Shown here piece by piece: positions 20,709-29,728 of a DNA stretch of 64,000 bases. Made by a program: the position numbers and the translations under genes. The notes beneath the pieces are model-generated. The model made no database searches. It was given only the letters and a program-made list of their open reading frames with translations, and was not told the DNA's origin. The stretch is from IMG/VR virus record IMGVR_UViG_3300032030_002018; one strand, written 5' to 3'. Source of the stretch: a virus (lineage: Duplodnaviria > Caudoviricetes). Numbering within the stretch: the first letter of the stretch is position 1; the number at the start of each line of letters is the position of its first letter.

Positions 20709-20904
20709 TGTCTCTCAAATAAAGATTCACCATAGGTCGCATTAACATATCCGTTGTTTTGGAATACCATTCAACATAAGCGTTCCAATTGAAAATCTCC
20801 TTAATACAATGAACAATAGCCCAAATTGGAAATGATATTGTTATTGTTATAATTGCAATTATAACCGCAATAGTATTCCTACATATAAGTTTTTTATTCA
20901 TCAT
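20668..20904 (-). CDS. Hypothetical membrane protein
   Basis: 78 aa, one TM segment. Confidence 0.55.
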   Translation of the reverse strand: MMNKKLICRNTIAVIIAIITITISFPIWAIVHCIKEIFNWNAYVEWYSKTTDMLMRPMVNLYLRDNVKSENSKQTLAD

Positions 20905-20913
20905 TCAAACAAT

Positions 20914-21360
20914 TTAGAATGGCAAATCATCTTCAGGTTCTGATGTAACAACAGGTGGTTCTTCCTTTTTCTTTGTCTTAGGCTCTTTCAACTTACCAGT
21001 TGTGACTGGTATCTCTTCAGTTGCCGTACTTGTAGTCTGAGTTTGACCACTGTTTCCACTACTAACAAAATCAACGGTAAAAGCATTGATATCCCTTGAT
21101 ATCTGTGTGCTTCCTGACTTATCAGTATAGAGGCTCAATGTCTCAGTACCACACACGTTAACCAACCTTCCCTTCTTCAGCCATTCTGCCATTTTGATTG
21201 CTCTTTCCCCATTAAAAGCAACCCTAAACCAAGATGTTGTTTTCTCTCCACCCTTGAAATCATCAGTCGCAAGACTGAATGAAAGGAACTTTCCGTTCTT
21301 ACCGTCAATGACTTCGGAATCATTTCCGAGTCTTCCAATAACATTAATTAATACACTCAT
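20914..21360 (-). CDS. ssb: Single-stranded DNA-binding protein
   Basis: IGRLGND, FSLAT, TSWFRV, LKKG, acidic tail DDLPF. Confidence 0.95.
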   Translation of the reverse strand: MSVLINVIGRLGNDSEVIDGKNGKFLSFSLATDDFKGGEKTTSWFRVAFNGERAIKMAEWLKKGRLVNVCGTETLSLYTDKSGSTQISRDINAFTVDFVSSGNSGQTQTTSTATEEIPVTTGKLKEPKTKKKEEPPVVTSEPEDDLPF

Positions 21361-21638
21361 ATTTTCCTAATTAACTTTTTTTCATTCTTGTTATATTCCC
21401 AACCTTTCATAAACAAGTCTGTAATGTCATTCCTATTTAAATCAGATGATAATAACCTATCATAATCAATACCATAAAAATATAACATATTATCCCTGTC
21501 CATTTCAAGGTCAACTTGAATTTTCTCGTTTAATTTAAGCAAATCATATGATGTGAAATCATCATTATAAGATATGGTGTTAGATAACACATCATCCAAT
21601 TCAAACTTATTCATTATCTTTTTTGCAAATATACACAA
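21357..21638 (-). CDS. Hypothetical protein (start probably MNKFEL, 21614)
   Basis: Overlaps ssb start; promoter-like site 21626-21633 favours the later ATG. Confidence 0.6.
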   Translation of the reverse strand: MCIFAKKIMNKFELDDVLSNTISYNDDFTSYDLLKLNEKIQVDLEMDRDNMLYFYGIDYDRLLSSDLNRNDITDLFMKGWEYNKNEKKLIRKI

Positions 21639-21664
21639 ATTATTTTATTAAGCCAAATATTTCA

Positions 21665-22975
21665 TCAACTTTTTTCACGTTCTGTAACAAATAATGCATA
21701 TTTTTTTCCGCGACCAACCACAATATACTTTCTGTTAATGAAGTCATCTCCACTAATCTGATATGAAGCGTCAGACACCTTTTCTTTATTCAATGTTATT
21801 CCACCAGATTTAGCCATCTTCCTGAACTCACTTTTTGAACAAAGTTTGCCAACCGTACAAACCAATTCTGTAAGATTAATACCATTTAACAGTTCAACTT
21901 CTGATACAACAAAATGAGGAACATCCTTGAATACAGACAATAAAGTTTTTTGGTCAAGATTCATCAAGTTCTCTTTTGTTGACTTCCCAAACAATATTTC
22001 AGAAGCAGACACTGCATTGTTATAATCCTCCTCAGAATGTACCAATGTAGTCATATACTTTGCAAGTTCCTTCTGCAATACACGGGAACTTGGATTCAAA
22101 TCGTGCTTTGCAATAAGCTCATCAATCTCTTCCTTTGATTTAAGAGTGAACATTTTAATGAACTTCTTGGAATCTTCGTCAGACTGATTAATCCAAAACT
22201 GATAGAAATCATACGGACTTGTCCTATCAGGGTCCAGCCATACAGCATTACCCTCTGTCTTACCAAACTTCCTGCCGTCAGCACAAGTAAGCAAATCCCA
22301 AGATATACTGCCAACATCGTCCTTTCCCAACATCTTATGGATTAGTTCAATACCAGTACAGATGTTACCAATATTATCAGTGCCACTTATCTGTATCTGG
22401 CATCCATAGTTCTTATACAAATGCACAAAATCATACCCTTGAAGCAATCCGTAACTGAACTCTTGAAATGAAATTCCAGTACCTTCTCTTTCAAGTCTCT
22501 TCTTGACATTCTCCTTTGCCATCATATAATTGACAGTGATTTTCTTTCCGACATCACGAATGAAATCAAGGAATGAATACCCTCCAAGCCAATCAAGGTT
22601 ATTTACCATAATAGCTGCGTTTGGTGCGTCAGAATTGAAATCAAGAAATTTCTCAATTTGTTTCATAACACATTTTGTATTATGAGCAACTTCTTCCTTG
22701 CTGATTGATTTTCTTTCCTCACTCTTACCACTTGGGTCTCCAATTGATGATGTTGCCTCACCAACAAGAATAATTGGTCTATGACCATACTTCTGCAATA
22801 CTCTTGCAGCCATCAAACCTACAGTGTGATGTACACCCAAAGACGATGCCGTTGGGTCAATTCCAATGTAAAATGACGTCGGCTTACTGAGAATTGAAAT
22901 AAGGTCACCTGATACTTGGGAATAAAAACCCCTCCATTTCAACTCATTGGTTAAATCTCTAGAATTATTTTCCAT
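21665..22975 (-). CDS. tyrS: Tyrosyl-tRNA synthetase (divergent HIGH motif)
   Basis: YIGIDPTASSL, GDPSGKSEER, EFSYxLLQGYDF, KFGKTEG, C-terminal S4 domain. Confidence 0.95.
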   Translation of the reverse strand: MENNSRDLTNELKWRGFYSQVSGDLISILSKPTSFYIGIDPTASSLGVHHTVGLMAARVLQKYGHRPIILVGEATSSIGDPSGKSEERKSISKEEVAHNTKCVMKQIEKFLDFNSDAPNAAIMVNNLDWLGGYSFLDFIRDVGKKITVNYMMAKENVKKRLEREGTGISFQEFSYGLLQGYDFVHLYKNYGCQIQISGTDNIGNICTGIELIHKMLGKDDVGSISWDLLTCADGRKFGKTEGNAVWLDPDRTSPYDFYQFWINQSDEDSKKFIKMFTLKSKEEIDELIAKHDLNPSSRVLQKELAKYMTTLVHSEEDYNNAVSASEILFGKSTKENLMNLDQKTLLSVFKDVPHFVVSEVELLNGINLTELVCTVGKLCSKSEFRKMAKSGGITLNKEKVSDASYQISGDDFINRKYIVVGRGKKYALFVTEREKS

Positions 22976-23065
22976 TTATTATGTTTTGATATTAAGTGAA
23001 ATTTTTAGCAAATATATACCAAATATATTGAAATCACAAATATTAAATGTTAAAAAAAATATAAA

Positions 23066-23100
23066 AAACCACTGGTATGTATATATCGTACCAGTGGTTT
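23066..23100 (-). terminator. Terminator of the DUF2828 gene
   Basis: AAACCACTGGTA...TACCAGTGGTTT with A-tract on the plus strand. Confidence 0.75.
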
Positions 23101-23121
23101 CACAAACAACCAACTCAACAA

Positions 23122-24717
23122 TTACACTTCGACATTCAAAAGGATGTCTTGTGTTAGTGCTTTATTAAGAACCTCTTCCATTGTTGGATTCTTCTTCTCA
23201 ACATTATCCTTCTCTTCAACCTCTGTTCCCAACAGTTGTGAGATAATTGAGCCATCGAAGCCTGAGAAGAAATAGCAACCGTCATCCTCCATTGTAGCAG
23301 GAGCGTCTTCCCTTCTACCAATACAATCCCACCAAATGAACTTCATATCGTTTACAAAGTCCTCTGGGAACGCTTCAAGCAATTTGTTCTTCATTGCCTC
23401 ATAGTTGGTTTGATATCCGCCAACTGGGTTGAATTGCATATCACTTACAACCAAAATGGTCTTTGGGAAATCCTCCAATGGAATGTCTGTGCGAGTCTTC
23501 CTAACGCGTACAATCTCATCAATCAAACTTTGAAAGTTTGTACTACCAAAAGCTGTAGATTGTGCTGAAATTTCATCAACCATCTCTGTGAATATTCCAC
23601 TAAGTTGAAGCAATCTTGAATGGTTGTCAAACATCGCCACATTCTTGTGGAATGCTCCCTTGTTTAAAGTTGAGAAGAACACACCAAGAGACACACATAC
23701 ATCGTATGCTGATACTTTAGTGCCTGGCACACTAATACTCATAGAACCACTTGTATCGAGTGCGCAAAGAACGTTTCCGCTTATCTTTCCGTCTGCTTCT
23801 GCCTTACTTATAAGTTCATCAAACTGCTTATTGATAAGCAAGTTCTTGTACTTTAAGTTTTTACCGTATCTATTTGCACGATAATCTTTCAGTAACTCAA
23901 ACACATAACCAGTAAACTTTGCGGTTGGTTGTTCCATAATCCACCTAATGAAACTTTCCTCCAAACCGTGATTTTCAAGGAACTTTCCATTGACAAGGTT
24001 GGAAAGGGCTTTTCCTGGAATCTTCTTCCAAGAGATTTCGCTATACCTACCAGCACTAATCTGTTGTTGGAACTCGTGTGCCATTCCGCTCGACTTAATC
24101 TTGTTGTACTCTTGGTAGGTTAACCCGCAATGCTTGGCATAATGTTTTGCCAAAGAATTGGAAACCTTACCCCATAAGGTAGTACACTTTGAGTTGGATT
24201 TGATTCTTGGCATAAACTTGCGTACAAGGTCTGTCTGTGAGGCGTCCTTTAATCCTTGTGAGATGATATCGAAAATCTCGTCATCATCGATTGCGTGTAC
24301 GCCAAACTGCTTGTCGTAGTACATCAATACCCACAAGTCCTTCCAAGAACCAATTATTGGAAGAAGCCATATGTTGCTGTAGAAAACCTCACTGTGGTTC
24401 TTTGCCACCCAAAGAAGGCGTTTTAACACTTCATCCTTCAATCCTTGCCCCTTCTGTACGGTATCTGTTGTTTCGCTTTCAGATACCTTTACTTTACGAG
24501 TGATAAGGCGAAGGTAAAATACAAACCTCAATGCGTCCAATGGAGACTCGTTCCAAATCTTGTCCATATCGTTGAACACGTCGTTAATGTCGCGTCCGAT
24601 ATAGCATCCAGCCTTGCCAAATTGGTCAACAAGGTCAGAACCAGTGGTTTTGTAACTCAATGCTCCATTCTCTGTGTATGCAACATTTGCCATAGCGTCT
24701 AAAAATTGGTTTGCCAT
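23122..24717 (-). CDS. DUF2828 family protein (helical N-terminus + VWA, TROVE/Ro60-like architecture)
   Basis: YTENGA, GSWKDL, LDTSGSM (MIDAS), STNFQ, VSDMQF, SGF. Confidence 0.88.
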   Translation of the reverse strand: MANQFLDAMANVAYTENGALSYKTTGSDLVDQFGKAGCYIGRDINDVFNDMDKIWNESPLDALRFVFYLRLITRKVKVSESETTDTVQKGQGLKDEVLKRLLWVAKNHSEVFYSNIWLLPIIGSWKDLWVLMYYDKQFGVHAIDDDEIFDIISQGLKDASQTDLVRKFMPRIKSNSKCTTLWGKVSNSLAKHYAKHCGLTYQEYNKIKSSGMAHEFQQQISAGRYSEISWKKIPGKALSNLVNGKFLENHGLEESFIRWIMEQPTAKFTGYVFELLKDYRANRYGKNLKYKNLLINKQFDELISKAEADGKISGNVLCALDTSGSMSISVPGTKVSAYDVCVSLGVFFSTLNKGAFHKNVAMFDNHSRLLQLSGIFTEMVDEISAQSTAFGSTNFQSLIDEIVRVRKTRTDIPLEDFPKTILVVSDMQFNPVGGYQTNYEAMKNKLLEAFPEDFVNDMKFIWWDCIGRREDAPATMEDDGCYFFSGFDGSIISQLLGTEVEEKDNVEKKNPTMEEVLNKALTQDILLNVEV

Positions 24718-24771
24718 ATCGTTTCTCTTTTTTTGTGGTTGTTTATATCTGTTTTTTTGTTTCTAAAAGAA

Positions 24772-24833
24772 AGGGGACTTTTAAATGAAATCCTGATTAT
24801 TTTATGAATAAAGAGTATTGCTGTGAGTCCCCT
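24772..24833 (-). ncRNA. Candidate structured RNA in the DUF2828 leader
   Basis: Minus strand AGGGGACU-CACAGCAAUAC...-AGUCCCCU: 8-bp GC-rich stem closing a 46-nt loop, between the promoter at 24873-24880 and the start at 24717. Confidence 0.5.
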
Positions 24834-24964
24834 AATTTTTGTTATTACTTTATGTCTTAATTTCAAACATTGCAAATGTACACAATTTATTTTATTAAAC
24901 CAAATTTTTTCCAAGAAAAATGACAATTTTAACGCGCTTTAACTATTTATTATAAAAAATCATT

Positions 24965-25366
24965 ATGATAAGTAGGATTATATCAGAAGAAATAGACAAT
25001 TACGTATATAATATCATCCTTGAGAAGAAAAAGAAATCAAAGAAAAAGAAGGAAGATAAAGATATATGGACGAACGCTTTGAAAGCCGTTGGTGGTAGGA
25101 GAAAGAACTACAACCATAAATTAGATAAAATGACCAACCCGAATATGAACAAGTCTGATGAGGACGCAATCACTAACGTGTTGGATAATGATGCTATCAA
25201 CCTTGCAGCTGTTGCAAGAAGGGTTTATCCTGACCTTACACCAGCCGGCGCCCAATCTAAATTGAGAAAAAAGGTTAAGGGTGAAAAGAGTGATAGTGGT
25301 AGCGTGTATAAGATAAAGAAAAAAGAGGCTAATAAGATAGATAAGATACTTTCAGATTTGTTGTAA
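24965..25366 (+). CDS. Basic protein with xxE-type leader and possible HTH
   Basis: MISRIISEEI...IILE; INLAAVARRVYP...SKLRKKVKG; CTATTTAT upstream. Confidence 0.65.
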   Translation: MISRIISEEIDNYVYNIILEKKKKSKKKKEDKDIWTNALKAVGGRRKNYNHKLDKMTNPNMNKSDEDAITNVLDNDAINLAAVARRVYPDLTPAGAQSKLRKKVKGEKSDSGSVYKIKKKEANKIDKILSDLL

Positions 25367-25367
25367 T

Positions 25368-25634
25368 ATGAGAATAACGGATAGAATGATTAGAAATGCT
25401 GTCAGAAGAACAATAAATGAAGCATCTTTTAACTTTAAAACTTATAATGATGACAAACAACTGTCAGAAGAGGCGATGAAACAGCTTCAGATTGCCCACG
25501 ATGCATTAGGTTCGCTTCAAATGACACTGTTTATGAATCCAAATAGCCAATTGGCTAAAACCATATCAGACGGAATCAAGTCAATTAATGATGAGATTAT
25601 AAATATGAGAAATTATTTGACATTTAATAGATAA
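25368..25634 (+). CDS. Leader-family protein
   Basis: MRITDRMIRNAVRRTINE. Confidence 0.7.
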   Translation: MRITDRMIRNAVRRTINEASFNFKTYNDDKQLSEEAMKQLQIAHDALGSLQMTLFMNPNSQLAKTISDGIKSINDEIINMRNYLTFNR

Positions 25635-25635
25635 T

Positions 25636-25956
25636 ATGAAAAGACGAGTTAGATTAACTGAATCAGACTTACGAAGAATAGTAAACGAGTCTGTAAGAAG
25701 AGTTTTAAGAGAAATGGATGGCGATTCAGAAACAAGAGCGTCAATAGAGGCAGCAAGAAATGCCGCTATTGCCGCTGCGATGCCTTGTATTTGCCCTTAT
25801 CCAGATAATTACGATCCAGACAGATATAAAAATACGACTACTTCACGACACTTAAGTCCAGAAGAAGAGGATGAATATATTAAACGAAGTCAGAGGCGTG
25901 TAATAAACGCTGCAAGAAAAGCTGCAATAAATGCAGCAAAAGGCTATGATATCTAA
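25636..25956 (+). CDS. Leader-family protein
   Basis: MKRRVRLTESDLRRIVNESVRRVLRE; internal repeat IEAARNAAIAAA / INAARKAAINAA. Confidence 0.75.
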   Translation: MKRRVRLTESDLRRIVNESVRRVLREMDGDSETRASIEAARNAAIAAAMPCICPYPDNYDPDRYKNTTTSRHLSPEEEDEYIKRSQRRVINAARKAAINAAKGYDI

Positions 25957-25964
25957 CATTTTAT

Positions 25965-26000
25965 AAAAATAGGAAACCATATTTCAGGTTTCCTATTTTT
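25965..26000. terminator. Bidirectional terminator
   Basis: AAAAATAGGAAACC...GGTTTCCTATTTTT. Confidence 0.8.
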
Positions 26001-26008
26001 GTTTTTTT

Positions 26009-27256
26009 TCACCCAAAAATTGCAGAACGAATTGGCTGATATTGTGGCAATTGTTTCATAAATGCATCAACAGTGTCTCTTTTACCTGTATATTTTCCAA
26101 CGTCTTCTGACAGTTTACAGGTATCGTTATAGAAATTCCAATCAGGTGATTCCTTTATTGCAACAAGTTTTATTACAACATTCATTGGTTTCACATCGTC
26201 AGCAATTCCACTCCAATCATTTGTGAAATGTGTTCCAATACCAAAACTTGGTTTGCATAATTTACAAGCTTCGTTATGTATTTCAATTGCGGTATCAGTG
26301 TCCAATGCGTTTGAGAAAATGACTTGTTTTGTCTTTGGGTCTATTCCGTAATCATTATATAGTTTGACGATTTTATTCAATTGCTCTATATTGTCACCGC
26401 TGTCAATCCTCAATCCCTTGAATTGGTTTGCATAAGCTTCTGTTATATTCAATTTGAATATGTCAAAACCATAACTATCATATAGATATATGCCTAATGC
26501 GCCATTATAAGCCTTGTCCCAGGCATCCATTGCCATTTTGTTCGCGTTGATTGGACCGCCATTCATACCTGCAATTCCACATACGAATTCGTGCGCCATT
26601 GTGCCAATTGGCGTTAGGTTGTATTTCATTGCAAGATAAGGATTACTTGTTCCAACGAATTTCCCGCATAGGCAATCGTATTTCTTTGAGCAGTCAACAA
26701 AAGCCTTTACGGCTACGTCTTGTGTTTGGAATGAACTTCTTCTTCTTGTTCCGAAATCAGAGAAGGTACAAAAATTGTTGAGTAATTTCTCTGCCTTTTT
26801 ATATGACTTCTCATAATATTCGTGGTAATCAAACTTAATGTCTTGTTCTGTCATTATATAATATAATTCAGAAACAATAGCCAATATCTTGACCTCCAAC
26901 AATATCGTATTCCACCAAGGCCCTTCAATGGTAATGTCTAGTGTGCCATCTTCGTTTTGGCTTGCTGAAGCATATTCTGAATGGTATCTAAATCCTCTTA
27001 AGAAGGTATAGAACCATTCAGGAAGATAATAGCATTTAAGTTTCAAGAAAGAAATTTCTTCTTCTGTAATCCTCAAATCCTCCAACATCTTTATTTGTTT
27101 GTTAACCTCTTCTGCGAATCCTTTTGGATATACTGTCTTATTTCTGTCAACAAACTTATAAATAACCCAAGCTTTAGGAAAATTAACAAGTACAGCCAAA
27201 CACATTGTCAACTTATACAAGTCGTCGTCTAAGAAATGATTTATAATTCTTTTCAT
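26009..27256 (-). CDS. pncB: Nicotinate phosphoribosyltransferase
   Basis: DDDLYKLTM, DFGTRRR, GTSN, GTMAHE, RIDSGD, FGIGT, KLSEDVGK. Confidence 0.95.
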   Translation of the reverse strand: MKRIINHFLDDDLYKLTMCLAVLVNFPKAWVIYKFVDRNKTVYPKGFAEEVNKQIKMLEDLRITEEEISFLKLKCYYLPEWFYTFLRGFRYHSEYASASQNEDGTLDITIEGPWWNTILLEVKILAIVSELYYIMTEQDIKFDYHEYYEKSYKKAEKLLNNFCTFSDFGTRRRSSFQTQDVAVKAFVDCSKKYDCLCGKFVGTSNPYLAMKYNLTPIGTMAHEFVCGIAGMNGGPINANKMAMDAWDKAYNGALGIYLYDSYGFDIFKLNITEAYANQFKGLRIDSGDNIEQLNKIVKLYNDYGIDPKTKQVIFSNALDTDTAIEIHNEACKLCKPSFGIGTHFTNDWSGIADDVKPMNVVIKLVAIKESPDWNFYNDTCKLSEDVGKYTGKRDTVDAFMKQLPQYQPIRSAIFG

Positions 27257-27822
27257 ATTACAATAACATTTTCTGTGTTTCCAATATATTCTGTAAATCC
27301 ACTTTCAGTTCCATCCGGTATTGCAGGACAAAAATCCTTTATAACATTGAATTTAACGCCTTCAAGAACATTCACGCCGTCTTTCACCGTGTCAGCAACG
27401 CAATAATTATAGGCAATACCAACAACATCAATCTCTTGAATATTGTTCGACAGTACTAAATCTTTAAATTTTGTGCAAGACTCCTCGTTCTTGAAAATTG
27501 AATATTCCTCCTTATTAGGATTAGTTCCTTTTGTGAGGATTATTGCGTTATTACCTTTAATAGCATTCAATAATGGTTCATATATTGCTGACCCTTTAGA
27601 ATATTGAAGACAATGTTCCGGCCATACGCCTAAATTATTAAAAAAAGAGCAGTGATTCACTGGATGAAAATCAACAGTACATACAACAAAATCATACTTG
27701 TCTTTGTTCCTATTAATATAGTCAACAAGATTATCCATTGTTTTTGTTGAACCTTTAACACCCAACTTACCGCCATCCATAAAATCGTATTGGCAATCAA
27801 TACAAAGAAGCATTTTTTTCAT
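27253..27822 (-). CDS. pncA: Nicotinamidase
   Basis: IDCQYDF, DFHP.NH.SF, WPEHC, KG...YS.F, GIAYNYCV. Confidence 0.93.
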   Translation of the reverse strand: MKKMLLCIDCQYDFMDGGKLGVKGSTKTMDNLVDYINRNKDKYDFVVCTVDFHPVNHCSFFNNLGVWPEHCLQYSKGSAIYEPLLNAIKGNNAIILTKGTNPNKEEYSIFKNEESCTKFKDLVLSNNIQEIDVVGIAYNYCVADTVKDGVNVLEGVKFNVIKDFCPAIPDGTESGFTEYIGNTENVIVI

Positions 27823-28787
27823 ATTCTCACTTTTTCGTTTTTAAGTTTCCTTAATATTTCATTTTTCATTTGCCTAACCCTTTCTGTTGTAAGGTTTAGT
27901 TTCTCTGCTATTTCCTGTAGTTTATATTCTCTGTCAACCCCAATTCCGAACGACATTGATATAATTTCCCTTTCTCTTGGTTTTAATTTATTCATCATTA
28001 ACCCTACAATTCTTTGGTTAGCCTGTTGTTCTGCTTCTTCCTCATAAGAGTTAAATGATGCCGTATGTGAGTTATAGTTTCTACTCTCTCCGCTTGTTCT
28101 GTTCTCATCGTCATCAGAAGACGACATAGCATCAATTGAAGATACTTGCATATTGATTACGTCAATGTTCTTTACCTCAATACCCATCTTTTCATACAGA
28201 TATTCCTTGATTTCCTCTGTTGAAGGATTTCTGTGATACTCTTGCACAAACATATCTGTAGCCTTTGCGAGAGTGCTATATGTCTTTGTGATGTTACTCT
28301 TTCGTATAATTCCGTCAGTCTTTGCAAGATATAAATTAAGGTTTCTCCTAATATAATGAACTGCAAATGTAATGAACGAATTGGTATATTCCAGTGGATT
28401 GAAATTATCAATAGCCTCAAACAATGCCAGATTTCCCTCATCAATCAGGTCTTCGATATTGCTTTCATTACCCATTGCCCTTGCTGCTGAAATAACAAAC
28501 CTTTGGTTAGAAAGGACAATATTATTTCTAATTGACTCCAATTCGTTGATGTCAATTCCGTACTTTTGCTTTCCAATCCTCTTAACTTCTTCATTGGTTG
28601 GTTGGAATTTGTGTTCGTTGAAATAGGATGAACGTATCTTATCATACTTTTTCTTGATTTGATACATTCTCTCAAGCATACTCTTCTCTTCCTCCTTTGA
28701 GAGCATCTTGATAGTTTTAACATCACGAAAATAAGAGATGATAGTCTCGTTGTAAGCACAAACTTTTTTCTGTAAATTAATGACCAT
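27819..28787 (-). CDS. Sigma70-family RNA polymerase sigma factor (regions 1.2-4)
   Basis: SYFRDV..LSKEEE, SNQRFVISAAR, DLIDEGN, FITFAVHYIRR, LQEIAEKLNLTTERVRQ. Start moved to MVINLQ (28787). Confidence 0.92.
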   Translation of the reverse strand: MVINLQKKVCAYNETIISYFRDVKTIKMLSKEEEKSMLERMYQIKKKYDKIRSSYFNEHKFQPTNEEVKRIGKQKYGIDINELESIRNNIVLSNQRFVISAARAMGNESNIEDLIDEGNLALFEAIDNFNPLEYTNSFITFAVHYIRRNLNLYLAKTDGIIRKSNITKTYSTLAKATDMFVQEYHRNPSTEEIKEYLYEKMGIEVKNIDVINMQVSSIDAMSSSDDDENRTSGESRNYNSHTASFNSYEEEAEQQANQRIVGLMMNKLKPREREIISMSFGIGVDREYKLQEIAEKLNLTTERVRQMKNEILRKLKNEKVRI

Positions 28788-29301
28788 TCTTTTTAGGTTT
28801 AAGTATAACAATCGTTCTGTTTCCCTCATCCTTCGGCATAGACTCAGGTACAGAAACATCTTCAAGCATAGTTATGAATTCAAGGATAGATTTCTTATTC
28901 TCTTCCCTTCTTGACAATTCCCTTCCTTTCATAGTAAGAACCACCTTAACTTTCTTGTTCTCCTCAATGAACTTCCTTGCGTGGTTAGACTTTGTTTTCA
29001 AGTCATTACTTGCTATATTGACACTTAATTGTATCTCCTTTATCTGATTGGAAGGGTTTGGTTTCTTTTTTTCGTTTTTCTTTTGATTATATAGGAATTT
29101 GTCAAACTGACATATCCTTATTATAGGCATATCATTATTACGACCAATCTCCACCAAGTCCATTTCCATAGACTCTGCAATCTTTTTAGCCTCATATAAT
29201 GACACTACCTTGCTTTCAATTCCTTCTCCCACAATTCTGACATCTCCCTTGAATCTGATGTCATCATTGACTCTGTATTTTTTGTCTGCCAATTTATCCA
29301 A
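28777..29301 (-). CDS. infC: Translation initiation factor IF-3
   Basis: RVNDDI..VRIVG, DLVEI, KFLY.QKK, KEIQLS.NI...DL.TK, KVKV...KGRE. Confidence 0.93.
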   Translation of the reverse strand: MDKLADKKYRVNDDIRFKGDVRIVGEGIESKVVSLYEAKKIAESMEMDLVEIGRNNDMPIIRICQFDKFLYNQKKNEKKKPNPSNQIKEIQLSVNIASNDLKTKSNHARKFIEENKKVKVVLTMKGRELSRREENKKSILEFITMLEDVSVPESMPKDEGNRTIVILKPKKNGH

Positions 29302-29362
29302 TGTTTTTACAGTTGCAAATGTAAGTTATTTATTTGATATAACCAAATATATTAACATATTT

Positions 29363-29728
29363 TTATACTTTTTCCCAAATAAGTTCATTATCCTTGCATT
29401 TATATGTTCCTTCTGTTATACCGCCATTTATAACAAATTGATGTATTAATGATTCAATATAATACAGATTATCAACAATATACTTATGCAATTCAAGCAT
29501 ATGCTTCTCAATATCATCGGGGAACGCTCTTCCATTTTCATTCTCCTCTGTTCCTTTAATGGCACTGTCACTATATCCCAATATCAATGCCATATCCTCT
29601 AACAAATGACTACCTATATTATATAAGTTTGTCCTGTCAACATAAATCTTGTTGTCACCTTCCTCCTGCAAGAAGAAAAAAGGTATTAGTTTAATGTGTT
29701 CCTTTGTGAGTTCAAGTTTCTTAATCAT
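29363..29728 (-). CDS. Hypothetical protein
   Basis: 121 aa ORF in operon. Confidence 0.7.
   Translation of the reverse strand: MIKKLELTKEHIKLIPFFFLQEEGDNKIYVDRTNLYNIGSHLLEDMALILGYSDSAIKGTEENENGRAFPDDIEKHMLELHKYIVDNLYYIESLIHQFVINGGITEGTYKCKDNELIWEKV

Noticed and set aside
24699-24926. 75-aa ORF upstream of DUF2828
   Set aside because: It overlaps the promoter and stem-loop and has no recognisable features; more likely non-coding leader.
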